Assembly (NCBI GenBank): GCA_963666985.2
Contig: CAXXIA010000002.1
Coordinates: 896,001-960,000, forward strand
Direction: 5' to 3'
Length of the DNA: 64,000 nucleotides
Source of the DNA: Spirochaetia bacterium
GTDB lineage: Bacteria > Spirochaetota > Spirochaetia > DSM-2461
The notes below the pieces were generated by a model. The model was given only the letters and a program-made list of their open reading frames with translations. It had not been told where the DNA came from and made no database searches. Made by a program: the position numbers and the translations under genes. Shown here piece after piece: positions 1 to 9,555 of the stretch (the first letter of the stretch is position 1; each line of letters opens with the position of its first letter).

Positions 1-28
1 ACAGGAATCCGAATAAAGGATACGACAA

Positions 29-1789
29 TTGACATTCACCAACTTGGGGCTCAATCCTCTTCTTTTGGAGGCCATAAGCTCCCGCGGCTTTGAAGCGCCC
101 ACACCCATCCAGGCAGAAATGATTCCTTTTCTGCTCAATGAAACACAAGACGTGGTCGGTCTGGCCCAGACCGGCACGGGAAAAACCGCGGCGTTCGGAC
201 TCCCCATACTGCAGAAACTGGACCTTCCGAAACATCACATTCAGGCCCTTATCCTGGTCCCCACACGAGAGCTGTGCCGGCAAGTATCCGGAGAGATTTC
301 CGATTACGGCCGTAATCTTTCCGGATTGCGTACGGCCGCGGTCTACGGCGGTACGGCGTTCGGCCCTCAAATAAAAAATCTCCGATCCGGAGTGCATCTG
401 ATTACCGCCACACCCGGGCGTCTGAAAGACCTTCTGGATCGGAATATCGTCGACCTCGAACATTTACGCTTTCTGGTTCTCGATGAAGCGGATCAAATGC
501 TTGATATGGGATTCAAGGATGATTTGGACGCCATTCTTCAGACGGCTTCTCCGGATCGCCGGACCCTGCTGTTCTCGGCCACCATGCCGCCGGCGGTAGC
601 CCGCATCGCTTCCACCTATATGACCAATCCCCATGAAATCGTAGCGGGAGAACGCAATCGCGGAACATCTTCGGTAGAACACCGCTATTATAGAGTTCAC
701 GCATCGGACAAGTACGCGGCCCTGCGGCGTCTTATCGATGTGGAACCATCTGTTTACGGCATTATATTCTGCCGTACCCGGGAAACCGTAAAAGACATCG
801 CGGCCCGTCTCGGCCGGGACGGCTACGCCGCCGATGCTCTCCACGGCGAACTCTCACAGGTGCAAAGAGAATCGGTAATGCAGCGATTCCGCCAAGGCAA
901 CCCCTCCCTCCTGGTAGCCACCGATGTGGCGGCCAGAGGTTTGGACGTGGATAATCTTACCCATGTTATTCATTACGATCTCCCGGATGAACCGGCGGTG
1001 TACAACCACCGCAGCGGACGAACCGGCCGTGCCGGAAAAACCGGAACATCCTTAACCCTCGTTCACCTCCGGGAAGGTCATCGCATCAGACGAATCGAAC
1101 AGATTCTCGGCCGGCCTATTAAGGAAGACCGGATACCCGGTGCGAAAGAAATCTGCGAAACCCGGCTGCTGTTCCTGGTTAACCGCGTTCTTTCGGTTGA
1201 AGTGAACGACGAAGCAATTAATCCCTACCTGCAAGCCGTCCGGGAAAAGATGGAAGGGATGGACCGGGAAGAACTTCTCCGCCGCTTTCTCTCGGTTGAA
1301 TTCAACCGCTTTCTGGAGGAATACGGTTCCGCTCCGGATCTGAATCCGCCGGAGCCTCCCCGGCGAACCCGGCGGGAAGCTCTGCAGCTCAATGATAAGA
1401 AGAAGAGCCCTCAAAAGCGGGGCGGCCGCATCGACGGCGGCATGATCGGGATGAGAATCAATCTCGGCCGGCACCATCGCGTACTGCCTCCCCAAATAAT
1501 CGGTCTGGTCAATCAGGCTACCCGTACCCGGAACATTCGTTTGGGACGCATCGATATCGGTCCCGATTGGTCCGAGCTGCAGGTGGAATCCGCCATGGCG
1601 CAACAGGTGGAAGAAGCGCTGCGAAACTACGATTTCCAGGGCAGGCAGATACAGGTAGAACGAATAAAAGCTCGAGAAGGAAATAAAGCTTATAAAGGTA
1701 AGGCCGCTTCCTCTCCGAAAAAATCCCACCATAAATCGGCGAAATCAAAAAACGGCCGCACCGCCCCAAGGAAACGTCAAAAGAAATAG
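29..1789 (+). CDS. deaD: DEAD-box RNA helicase (DeaD/CsdA-like) with C-terminal DbpA-type RNA-binding domain
   Basis: Q motif PTPIQ, AQTGTGKT, PTREL, TPGRL, LDEAD, SAT, ARGLD, HRSGRTGR; basic C-terminal tail; TTG start after AAGGA. Confidence 0.9.
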   Translation: MTFTNLGLNPLLLEAISSRGFEAPTPIQAEMIPFLLNETQDVVGLAQTGTGKTAAFGLPILQKLDLPKHHIQALILVPTRELCRQVSGEISDYGRNLSGLRTAAVYGGTAFGPQIKNLRSGVHLITATPGRLKDLLDRNIVDLEHLRFLVLDEADQMLDMGFKDDLDAILQTASPDRRTLLFSATMPPAVARIASTYMTNPHEIVAGERNRGTSSVEHRYYRVHASDKYAALRRLIDVEPSVYGIIFCRTRETVKDIAARLGRDGYAADALHGELSQVQRESVMQRFRQGNPSLLVATDVAARGLDVDNLTHVIHYDLPDEPAVYNHRSGRTGRAGKTGTSLTLVHLREGHRIRRIEQILGRPIKEDRIPGAKEICETRLLFLVNRVLSVEVNDEAINPYLQAVREKMEGMDREELLRRFLSVEFNRFLEEYGSAPDLNPPEPPRRTRREALQLNDKKKSPQKRGGRIDGGMIGMRINLGRHHRVLPPQIIGLVNQATRTRNIRLGRIDIGPDWSELQVESAMAQQVEEALRNYDFQGRQIQVERIKAREGNKAYKGKAASSPKKSHHKSAKSKNGRTAPRKRQKK

Positions 1790-1952
1790 AATACGGGAAT
1801 TAACAATCCCTTTATCACGGCCGAAGCTGCAGCGGCATCAAAGAGACCGTTTTAAAAGAGATATTCGCCGAACTTGAAGAAGATTCATTTGTCCGTTAAT
1901 GAACAACCTTTATATATTATTTGCGGCACTGTAAACTGTTTTCAGGGGAACT

Positions 1953-3341
1953 ATGGAAACTATCGACAATAACACGCGCATAAAAGACATCGTCCGCCTT
2001 CAGCGGGACTATTATCACTCAGGGGAAACGCTCGAGATCGGCTTTCGTAAACGCCAATTGGAAAAACTCCTCTCCGCGATCAACAGCAATGAAGAGGCGA
2101 TCTACGAAGCTTTATCGGCGGATCTTCACAAGTCTCCCTTCGAATCCTACGCAACCGAAGTCGGGATGGCATTGGAGGAAATCCGTTTTTTCCTTAAAAA
2201 CCTTTCCCGCTTGGCAAAACCGCGAAAAGTGAAGACTCCCATTACGCAATTCAAGGCGGTCAGCAAAATCCATAAAGCCCCATACGGGAACGTCCTGATT
2301 ATGTCGCCCTGGAATTATCCGTTCCAGCTCACCATCCTTCCGCTGGTAGGTGCTCTGGCCGCCGGGAACACCGCGGTGGTAAAACCTTCCAATTACGCGC
2401 CGGCCACGGCGGGACTGCTTTCAAAAATGCTCTCCGATTGTTTCCCGGAAAAGTATGTCGCCGTTATGGAAGGCGGACGGAAAACCAATACGGAACTGTT
2501 GAATCAGAAATTTGATTACATCTTCTTCACCGGAAGCGCCGGTGTCGGAAAAGTCGTTATGGAATCGGCATCCCGCCACCTTACGCCCATCAGCTTGGAA
2601 CTGGGAGGCAAAAGTCCCTGTATTGTGGATGAAACCGCGAAAATCGACCTGGCCGCCAAAAGAATCGCCTGGGGAAAACTTCTGAACGCCGGACAAACCT
2701 GCGTTGCTCCGGATTATATCCTCGCCGAAAAAACGATCGTACAGGAACTCATGGACAGACTGGTCTTCCATTGCGAGGCCTTCTTCGGCGCATCGGCGGA
2801 AACGCATCCCGACTATCCGAAAATCATCACCGAAAAGCATTTCAAGCGCCTCTGCGGCCTTATCGAAGGATCGGCCGTGTATTACGGAGGCCGCACCAAT
2901 GCGGAAAGTCTGCAAATTTCACCGACAATCCTCTATCCCGCCGCCGAAGAGGAACCGGTTATGCAGGAAGAAATCTTCGGCCCTCTTCTCCCCGTTTTAA
3001 CCTTCGAGAATACCGATGAGGTTATCTCATTCATCAGAAAGAGAGCTAATCCTCTGGCCCTGTATCTATTCACCGAATCGAAAGAACGGGAGAAGAAAAT
3101 CATCGATAGCGTGTCTTTCGGCGGCGGCTGCGTCAACGACACGGTTGTGCACGTCGCCAATCCGCGAATGCCCTTCGGCGGTGTGGGCGAAAGCGGTATG
3201 GGCGGATATCACGGGAAGAACAGCTTTGCGACCTTCACCCACGAAAAGAGCATCATGAAGAAATCAACACTGTTCGATATGCCCATACGCTACGCACCCT
3301 ACGGAAACAAACTGAAGCTCTTAAAAAAGGTGATGAAGTAG
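1953..3341 (+). CDS. NAD(P)-dependent aldehyde dehydrogenase (class 3/YwdH-like)
   Basis: PWNYP, FTGS, LELGGKSP, GQTCVAPD (catalytic Cys), EEIFGP, PFGGVGESG. Confidence 0.93.
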   Translation: METIDNNTRIKDIVRLQRDYYHSGETLEIGFRKRQLEKLLSAINSNEEAIYEALSADLHKSPFESYATEVGMALEEIRFFLKNLSRLAKPRKVKTPITQFKAVSKIHKAPYGNVLIMSPWNYPFQLTILPLVGALAAGNTAVVKPSNYAPATAGLLSKMLSDCFPEKYVAVMEGGRKTNTELLNQKFDYIFFTGSAGVGKVVMESASRHLTPISLELGGKSPCIVDETAKIDLAAKRIAWGKLLNAGQTCVAPDYILAEKTIVQELMDRLVFHCEAFFGASAETHPDYPKIITEKHFKRLCGLIEGSAVYYGGRTNAESLQISPTILYPAAEEEPVMQEEIFGPLLPVLTFENTDEVISFIRKRANPLALYLFTESKEREKKIIDSVSFGGGCVNDTVVHVANPRMPFGGVGESGMGGYHGKNSFATFTHEKSIMKKSTLFDMPIRYAPYGNKLKLLKKVMK

Positions 3342-3397
3342 GCATTCTATTCGTCTCAAAACGACGATTATCATTCACCCGCTCACTTCACACCAGT

Positions 3398-4132
3398 TCA
3401 CCGCGCAATCAGATGCGCCGTGTAAGCACCGCCGAAACCGTTGTCGATATTCACCACCGAAACACCCGAGGCGCAGCTGTTCACCATGGCCAAGAGTGCC
3501 GTAAGACCTCCGAAATTCGCCCCATATCCCACGCTGGTAGGCACCGCGATAACCGGAACATCCACCAAACCGGCCACAACACTCGGAAGAGCCCCTTCCA
3601 TCCCGGCCACAGCCACCACGGCCCGGGCTCGGCGGATTTCATCGATGCGCCGCAAGAGCCGATGGAGTCCGGCCACGCCCACATCCAAGGCCCGGATTAC
3701 CTCATGTCCGAAAAACTCGGCTGTTGCCGCGGCTTCCTCCAAAACCGGAAGATCGGACGTTCCCGCGGCCACGACGGCAATTGGCCGGCCTGAATTCTCG
3801 GCACTTTTACCCACCGTTACAATCCGGGCCGTTTCATTGTATTGCGCTTCCGGAAAAAGCCCCAAAACGGCCCGGGCCGTCTCTTCGCTGGCCCGCGTAG
3901 CTAAAACCCGCTCATCGGCCTCAACCAAGGAAGAGACAATATCCCTCACCTGTTGCGGGGTTTTCCCGGCGCAATAAATCACCTCGGCATCCCCGGTTCG
4001 CCTTCGGCGGTCCAAATCCACAATAGTATGACCGAGTTCCATCTCCTGAACGGAAGAAAGACGATGTATCGCTTCATCACGGGAAATGTTTCCGTTCTTA
4101 AAAGCATCGAGGAGATCTTCAAAATTATTCAT
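3398..4132 (-). CDS. larB: Nickel-pincer cofactor biosynthesis protein LarB (NaAD carboxylase/hydrolase)
   Basis: AGTSDLPV, DVGVAGLHRL, AGMEGALPSVV, PTSVGYG, NSCASGVSVVNIDNGFG. Confidence 0.95.
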   Translation of the reverse strand: MNNFEDLLDAFKNGNISRDEAIHRLSSVQEMELGHTIVDLDRRRRTGDAEVIYCAGKTPQQVRDIVSSLVEADERVLATRASEETARAVLGLFPEAQYNETARIVTVGKSAENSGRPIAVVAAGTSDLPVLEEAAATAEFFGHEVIRALDVGVAGLHRLLRRIDEIRRARAVVAVAGMEGALPSVVAGLVDVPVIAVPTSVGYGANFGGLTALLAMVNSCASGVSVVNIDNGFGGAYTAHLIAR

Positions 4133-4928
4133 CGGCCTTCTCCTTCCGTACGTTCATACTCGCGAACCGATACCCTTCAAGATCAAGCGTAACTCGTCCG
4201 TATCCCATCGATTTCAACTTCGAAGCAACCTCGGCACCGTCAGATGCCAGACGCGGTACTTCCTCGGGTTCAGCTTCTATGCAGGCCATAGAGCCGAAAT
4301 CACGGACACGAACCGCCGCATAACCACGATCCAGAAGATAATCCTCCGCCGACTCCACTCTGTGAAGATCATCATCGGTGATACTTCTTCCGGAAGGGAA
4401 CCTCGTCAACAGACACGTATTTGACGGCTTCTCAGCCGATGAAAGATTCCATGCTCGCGCCAAGGTGCGAATATTAATTTTTGTTATCCCGGCCGACCGA
4501 AGAGGACTGGCAATTCCCAGATGCTCCAAAGCCCGCATACCGGGACGATTCTCCGGAGAATCATCCGCATTCGAACCATCGGCCAAAAGAGGAAATCCCA
4601 GTTCCCTCGCCTTTCCCTGAAGAAATCCCAATAACTTCTTTTTACAGAGAAAACACCGTTTTTCCGGATTATCACGGAGTTCAGCAGGGAACGGGAGCTC
4701 TTCAATATAATGAGCAACACCGAGAGATTCAGCCACTTCACGCGCCGCCATGATTTCGCGTTCGGCCACATACGGCACCTCCGCCGTTAGAGCCGCAACA
4801 TTCCCTGTTCCCAAAACCTCCGCGGTGGCCGCTAAAACAACGGCACTGTCGACGCCCCCCGATAACGCAATCGCAAGCCTCCCGTAAGACTCCAGGAGAT
4901 CAGCCAACGGAAAAGGAATCGATCTCAT
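4125..4928 (-). CDS. larE: ATP-dependent sulfur transferase LarE
   Basis: PP-loop SGGVDS, RCFLCK, DGSNADD, RPG, CLLTRFP, VRVRD; overlaps larB and larC ends. Confidence 0.92.
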   Translation of the reverse strand: MRSIPFPLADLLESYGRLAIALSGGVDSAVVLAATAEVLGTGNVAALTAEVPYVAEREIMAAREVAESLGVAHYIEELPFPAELRDNPEKRCFLCKKKLLGFLQGKARELGFPLLADGSNADDSPENRPGMRALEHLGIASPLRSAGITKINIRTLARAWNLSSAEKPSNTCLLTRFPSGRSITDDDLHRVESAEDYLLDRGYAAVRVRDFGSMACIEAEPEEVPRLASDGAEVASKLKSMGYGRVTLDLEGYRFASMNVRKEKADE

Positions 4929-6346
4929 AGCTTACCGTTCAATTCGTTCCGAAGACGTTCCCGTACCTCCGGTACCGAAAGGTGATGCGTGTTCGCGATT
5001 TTAAGAAGATCACGATATTCCGCTTTCCAGGTACTGCGGGATAATTTTTTATTTTCCGTACCGCCCGGTGTACTTAAGGCATCCGACTCTTCTTCGAAGG
5101 ACGGTCTGCGAAGAATCTTCACCGCGACAGGGCCGAAAGAAGTGTCGACCTTCCTGATTTCCCGAGGCAGCATCACCTTCTTCACCTCACAAACGCGGAC
5201 TCCCGCCGTTGTGGACAAGGCGAAAAGCAGTTCCGTCAGAAACACGGTTCTCTCAGGTCCGCAAAGGACTGAAACACGGGTTCCGGGTCTGTCGTTCTTC
5301 ATGAATACCGGCAGGAACACCACATCCAGAGCTCCGCCTTCCAAAAGCCGGCTTCTCAGCGCTCCAAAATCCTCGGGCACCATATCGTCGAGATCGCTCT
5401 CGATCACCTCGTTGACGTCCTGTTCATACTCAGCCGAGAATCCCGCTTGTTTCTCGTCCGGCCTCCGCTTCTCCTCGGAACAATCCCCGATGACGGCCCG
5501 GAGAACATTCGGAATGGAAAAGTCACGATGTCCGATACCGTAGCCAATTTTACTCGGCCTTATCTGCAGATGTGAAACAAACTCATCAGCAACTGTTTTC
5601 AGAATGGCGGCGCCGGTCGGCGTAGCGGATTCGCCGTCCACGGTTCCGAAGGTTAGAGGAATATCGCGAAGGATCCTGGCCGTTGCCGGAGCCGGAACAG
5701 GAAAGCGGCCGTGGGCGCATTCCGTGAAGCCTCCGCCGACTTCCACGGGTGAACAGTAAACTTTTTCCACGTCGAGATAGTCCAGAGAGATCGCGGCGCC
5801 GACGATATCGACGATGGCGTCGGTTGCCCCCACCTCATGAAAATGCACGTCTTCCACGCTCATGCCGTGAATATGCGCCTCGGCTTCGGCCAACGCGGTG
5901 AATATCGCGACGGATCGCTCCTTCACGGTTTCGGATAAATCACTTGCGCGGATAATCCCGGTGATGACCGATAGCCCCCTGTGGTTGTGCGTATGGCCCT
6001 CATGATCATGATGATGATCCCCATGGCTCCGTGAGTGCGCGTGAGAATGATTGTGGCTGTAATCCCCATGGGCCGCATTATAATCGTGCGCACGGCTCTC
6101 ATGATTAGAACCGTGACCCGCGCCTTTGGAACCCTCTTCATGATGATGAGTAAGAATCACGTCGGCCCTTGTGCCTGTAATCCCCTGCTTTTGTCCGCGA
6201 GTTACGACCAAATTATATTCATCATCCACATGAAGCTTCGCCAACTCCTTGCGAAGATAATCTTCCGGTACACCGAGGTCCACCATGGCGCCGAGATTCA
6301 TATCACCGCTGATTCCGCTGAAACATTGATAGTAAAGAACCTTCAT
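4925..6346 (-). CDS. larC: Nickel insertase LarC with His-rich insert, single uninterrupted ORF
   Basis: SGISGDMNLGA, His-rich tract, HFHEVGATDAIVD, HGRFPVPAPAT, TPTGAA, DDM, MKNDRPG, AEYRDL. Confidence 0.95.
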   Translation of the reverse strand: MKVLYYQCFSGISGDMNLGAMVDLGVPEDYLRKELAKLHVDDEYNLVVTRGQKQGITGTRADVILTHHHEEGSKGAGHGSNHESRAHDYNAAHGDYSHNHSHAHSRSHGDHHHDHEGHTHNHRGLSVITGIIRASDLSETVKERSVAIFTALAEAEAHIHGMSVEDVHFHEVGATDAIVDIVGAAISLDYLDVEKVYCSPVEVGGGFTECAHGRFPVPAPATARILRDIPLTFGTVDGESATPTGAAILKTVADEFVSHLQIRPSKIGYGIGHRDFSIPNVLRAVIGDCSEEKRRPDEKQAGFSAEYEQDVNEVIESDLDDMVPEDFGALRSRLLEGGALDVVFLPVFMKNDRPGTRVSVLCGPERTVFLTELLFALSTTAGVRVCEVKKVMLPREIRKVDTSFGPVAVKILRRPSFEEESDALSTPGGTENKKLSRSTWKAEYRDLLKIANTHHLSVPEVRERLRNELNGKL

Positions 6347-7545
6347 CGCGCTCCTCCCGGCGCCTTCACTCCCACCGCGTCCGGACCGTTCTCTAAAACG
6401 ATACCGCCTCCTATCACCGTCGGAATTTCAGCGCCGGCGCACGCGCGGCAGCAAAGATTATCCCCGCAGGAAACGCTTTTTGTTTCCATGAACGACTCCC
6501 CGCATCCGCCGCACGTTACACTCGCTTTCATCGGCGCATAATCCGGAAGTGAAACCTCAACCGCCTCCTTGGAGAAAAGATCCCAGACGGGAACATTCAA
6601 CAGATGGAAACTTGCTTCCCGGGAAGCCCTTTTATACCGACGAACCATTTCGGCATCACGATCCGACCGGCGAATTACCGTATCAAAGAGTTCCGGGAAC
6701 TCGGGAACAGCTTCTGAAACCAATGATACGGTATCCTCTTTCAGAAAAAGACGAACTCCTTTTCCCGAACGAACAGCCATGGTAAAAGCGGTCTTCCCAA
6801 TATCGCGATAAATCAACCCGTTGTTCCCCAAAGTGCAGCCGGTTACGTACTGAATCCCGTCGACGCTGCAGTTATTGCACTCCGGCAGAACCAGAAGTTC
6901 TTCCAGACCATCGGAACTCATAAGATCGGCCACGCGAATACCGCATTCTTCGGCAAGGGCGTGCAGTCCTTCAACAGCGGCTATAACACCAACGGAGAGG
7001 CCGGGACAATAATGACCATGCAGGGTTCCGGCACCTCGCAGCAAAGTTTCGGTATCACGTGTATTAACCCGCTGTATAAAAGAACGGCGGGGATAAAGCG
7101 ATTGGAGTTCTTCCTTTGGAGAAATGCCGCCGCTGAATAAAGCCGCCGCTCCCTCATCATCCCATTCCTGTGAATACGGATTGATATCGAGAACCGGCGT
7201 TTCATCCAGAGCATCCAATCCCCGAACAATAAGCTCCCGGCCGCGAATTTCCAGCAGTTCAACGACACTCACACCAATAGAAGACGGCCGATGCGGACTG
7301 CGGCTCGCAAACACGCCTTTCTCACCCCCATGATAAACCGAAGTGCGCAGAGAATAGCCTTCGGACTGATGAAAAACAAAAACCACTTGAATATAACGGG
7401 ACTCCTCCAAGCGAAAGAGTCCTTCCTGTAAATCTTCATTTATAAAAATACTGCTTTGATGCCGGCGCATAATAAAAGGATCCGTGGACTCTGCGAATTG
7501 ACTTTTCACGGTCCCAACAGCCATCATGGAGTTATCTCTATTCAT
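6343..7545 (-). CDS. Fusion of TsaA/TrmO-like SAM-binding barrel (N-term) with FmdE-family domain and C-terminal Zn finger
   Basis: N-term GVFASRSPHRP...GLDALDETPVLDINPY; then HGHYCPG, ECNNCSVDGIQYVTGCTLGN, CGGCGE...CRAC. Confidence 0.85.
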   Translation of the reverse strand: MNRDNSMMAVGTVKSQFAESTDPFIMRRHQSSIFINEDLQEGLFRLEESRYIQVVFVFHQSEGYSLRTSVYHGGEKGVFASRSPHRPSSIGVSVVELLEIRGRELIVRGLDALDETPVLDINPYSQEWDDEGAAALFSGGISPKEELQSLYPRRSFIQRVNTRDTETLLRGAGTLHGHYCPGLSVGVIAAVEGLHALAEECGIRVADLMSSDGLEELLVLPECNNCSVDGIQYVTGCTLGNNGLIYRDIGKTAFTMAVRSGKGVRLFLKEDTVSLVSEAVPEFPELFDTVIRRSDRDAEMVRRYKRASREASFHLLNVPVWDLFSKEAVEVSLPDYAPMKASVTCGGCGESFMETKSVSCGDNLCCRACAGAEIPTVIGGGIVLENGPDAVGVKAPGGAR

Positions 7546-8327
7546 GCGATATTATCCTCCTCTTCTCTTCTGATGCTCTCCGGCAGCACATAAGGCCGTC
7601 CCCCATTTGTAACGATTTCAGCACTCACACCGTAAATCGCTTCAACCAAATCCGAGGTAATTTCACCGGGGCGAATCGCGCTGTATAAAGAACCGGCTTT
7701 CAACAGAATCAGTCGATCTGCGGCACCCAGGGCTAAGTTGATGTCATGAATCGTCATCAGAACAAGGATTCGGCGTGTTCGGGACAAATCACGAAGAATC
7801 TCCATAATCTCCAGGGCGTTTTTAAGATCCAGAGAGGCTGTCGGCTCATCCAGGAGAATAACCCGCGGTTCCTGTACCAAAGCTCTGGCAATTCTGACCT
7901 TCTGATATTCTCCTCCGCTCAGTTCATGTACCGGACGAAGAGCCATTGATTGAAGGTCCAGTTTATTAAGCACATCCCAAGTCGCTTCAATATCCGAATC
8001 CCGAAGAGTCCAGCGGATATGCGGCCTCCGCCCAATAAGGACCGTATCGAAAACAGTCGTCCGGGCCGATTCGGCACGCTGAGCCACATAGCCGAAAGTC
8101 CGCGCCAGTTCCGAACGTCGGCATTGTGCCAAATCCCGTTCTCCAAGAAAAACATGGCCGCTCTCAGGTTCAAGAATCCGATTAATACAGCGCAGCATCG
8201 TAGTTTTGCCTGTTCCGTTCGGCCCCAGGATTCCGACAACCTCCTGCTGTTCGAAATCAAAATCAATCTCCTTTAAAATCGGAACCGACGGATAAGAAAA
8301 AGATAAACCGGCAATATGAAGATTCAT
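7542..8327 (-). CDS. ABC transporter ATPase, FecE/BtuD type
   Basis: GPNGTGKTT, LSGGE, LLDEPT, HDINLA; start moved to ATG 8327 (MNLHIAGL), which forms an ATGA overlap with the permease stop. Confidence 0.92.
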   Translation of the reverse strand: MNLHIAGLSFSYPSVPILKEIDFDFEQQEVVGILGPNGTGKTTMLRCINRILEPESGHVFLGERDLAQCRRSELARTFGYVAQRAESARTTVFDTVLIGRRPHIRWTLRDSDIEATWDVLNKLDLQSMALRPVHELSGGEYQKVRIARALVQEPRVILLDEPTASLDLKNALEIMEILRDLSRTRRILVLMTIHDINLALGAADRLILLKAGSLYSAIRPGEITSDLVEAIYGVSAEIVTNGGRPYVLPESIRREEEDNIA

Positions 8328-9469
8328 AATTTGGTTCCTCGAATCAATAGAAGAATAAAGAGCGGAGCTCCGACGAATGCCGTCAGAATCGATACGGGCA
8401 GGACGGTAGGAGCAAGAATCAGCCGGGCCGCGGTATCGGCAACCAGCAGCAGCAAAGCTCCGGCGATCATGCTTCCCGGAAGAAGAAAGCGGTAGTCCTC
8501 GCCCAAGGTTTTTCTCATCAGATGCGGAGCGACCAAGCCGACGAAACCGATAACACCAACAAAGGAAAGAGTCACCGCGGTAACGCAGGAGGCCGCCACC
8601 ATTCCGCACAGGCGGATTCTTTTCACCGGCACCCCGAGGCTCTGCGCGGTTTCATCCCCGGCCGTCAGCGTGTTGAAATTAAACCGGTTCAGCAGAAAAT
8701 ATCCTCCGCCTGCGGCCGTAACGACGCTGCAGATGGCCAATTCCCTCCATCCGATCCGGGCAACATCACCGAAGGTCCAGAAAACCATGGCCGCCAGCTG
8801 AACATCGTCGGCAAAATACTGCAAAAACATCGTTCCGGCGCTGCACAGGGATCCCATTGCCACTCCGGCCAGAATCATCACTTCCGAGGACGCTCCTGTT
8901 ATGCCGGAAATCCCCAAAATAACGGCCGTTGCAAGCAGAGCAAAACCGAAAGCGACCATCGACGTTAAATACGGATTGGTTACGGATACGGCATCGGCCG
9001 CCGTACTCTGCATCACCCCGGTACCCAAAATCATCACGGAGAAAGCGGCACCGAACGCGGCGGCGTTGGAAACCCCAAGTGTAAACGGCGATCCCAGAGG
9101 GTTATGCAGAATAGCCTGCATTACCGCACCTGAAATCGCCAAAGCCGCCCCCGCGACAATAGCCGCCAACGATTGAGGCAGACGAATATTCAGAATAATC
9201 GTAGCCCAGCGGGATTCGCCCCCGCCGAGAAACACACGGACCACTTCCTTCAATGGAATGGAAACCGCGCCAACGGAAACGGACACAAGGAAAGCAAGAC
9301 ACAAGAGGATGAATCCGAGAAACAGAGCCGCGGTTTTTCTACCGATATAACTGCCGTACAAATCCCGCTCCGCCTGAGGCGGCATTATTCGGGACATCCT
9401 TCGGTCCGAATCGGAAGCCGCAGGGGCGGCTCCTGTTGAAATCGCTTTGATTTTAGAAGTCCGAGACAC
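8324..9469 (-). CDS. FecCD/BtuC-family ABC permease
   Basis: NIRLPQ, MQAILHNPLGSPFTLGVS, GDETAQSLGV, IGFVGLVAPH; likely GTG start at 9469 after GGAGG (start uncertain). Confidence 0.9.
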   Translation of the reverse strand: MSRTSKIKAISTGAAPAASDSDRRMSRIMPPQAERDLYGSYIGRKTAALFLGFILLCLAFLVSVSVGAVSIPLKEVVRVFLGGGESRWATIILNIRLPQSLAAIVAGAALAISGAVMQAILHNPLGSPFTLGVSNAAAFGAAFSVMILGTGVMQSTAADAVSVTNPYLTSMVAFGFALLATAVILGISGITGASSEVMILAGVAMGSLCSAGTMFLQYFADDVQLAAMVFWTFGDVARIGWRELAICSVVTAAGGGYFLLNRFNFNTLTAGDETAQSLGVPVKRIRLCGMVAASCVTAVTLSFVGVIGFVGLVAPHLMRKTLGEDYRFLLPGSMIAGALLLLVADTAARLILAPTVLPVSILTAFVGAPLFILLLIRGTKL

Positions 9470-9555
9470 CTCGGACCTCCCGCTTTTTCCGGCACTTAGC
9501 CCATCGTTTCCGTGTGCCCCGATGCCTTCCGCTTTTTCCCGAAAAAGACGCAATT

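Noticed and set aside
8328..8609. 94-aa N-terminal extension of the ABC ATPase in the ORF track
   Set aside because: It overlaps the permease in another frame; the ATGA-coupled start at 8327 is better
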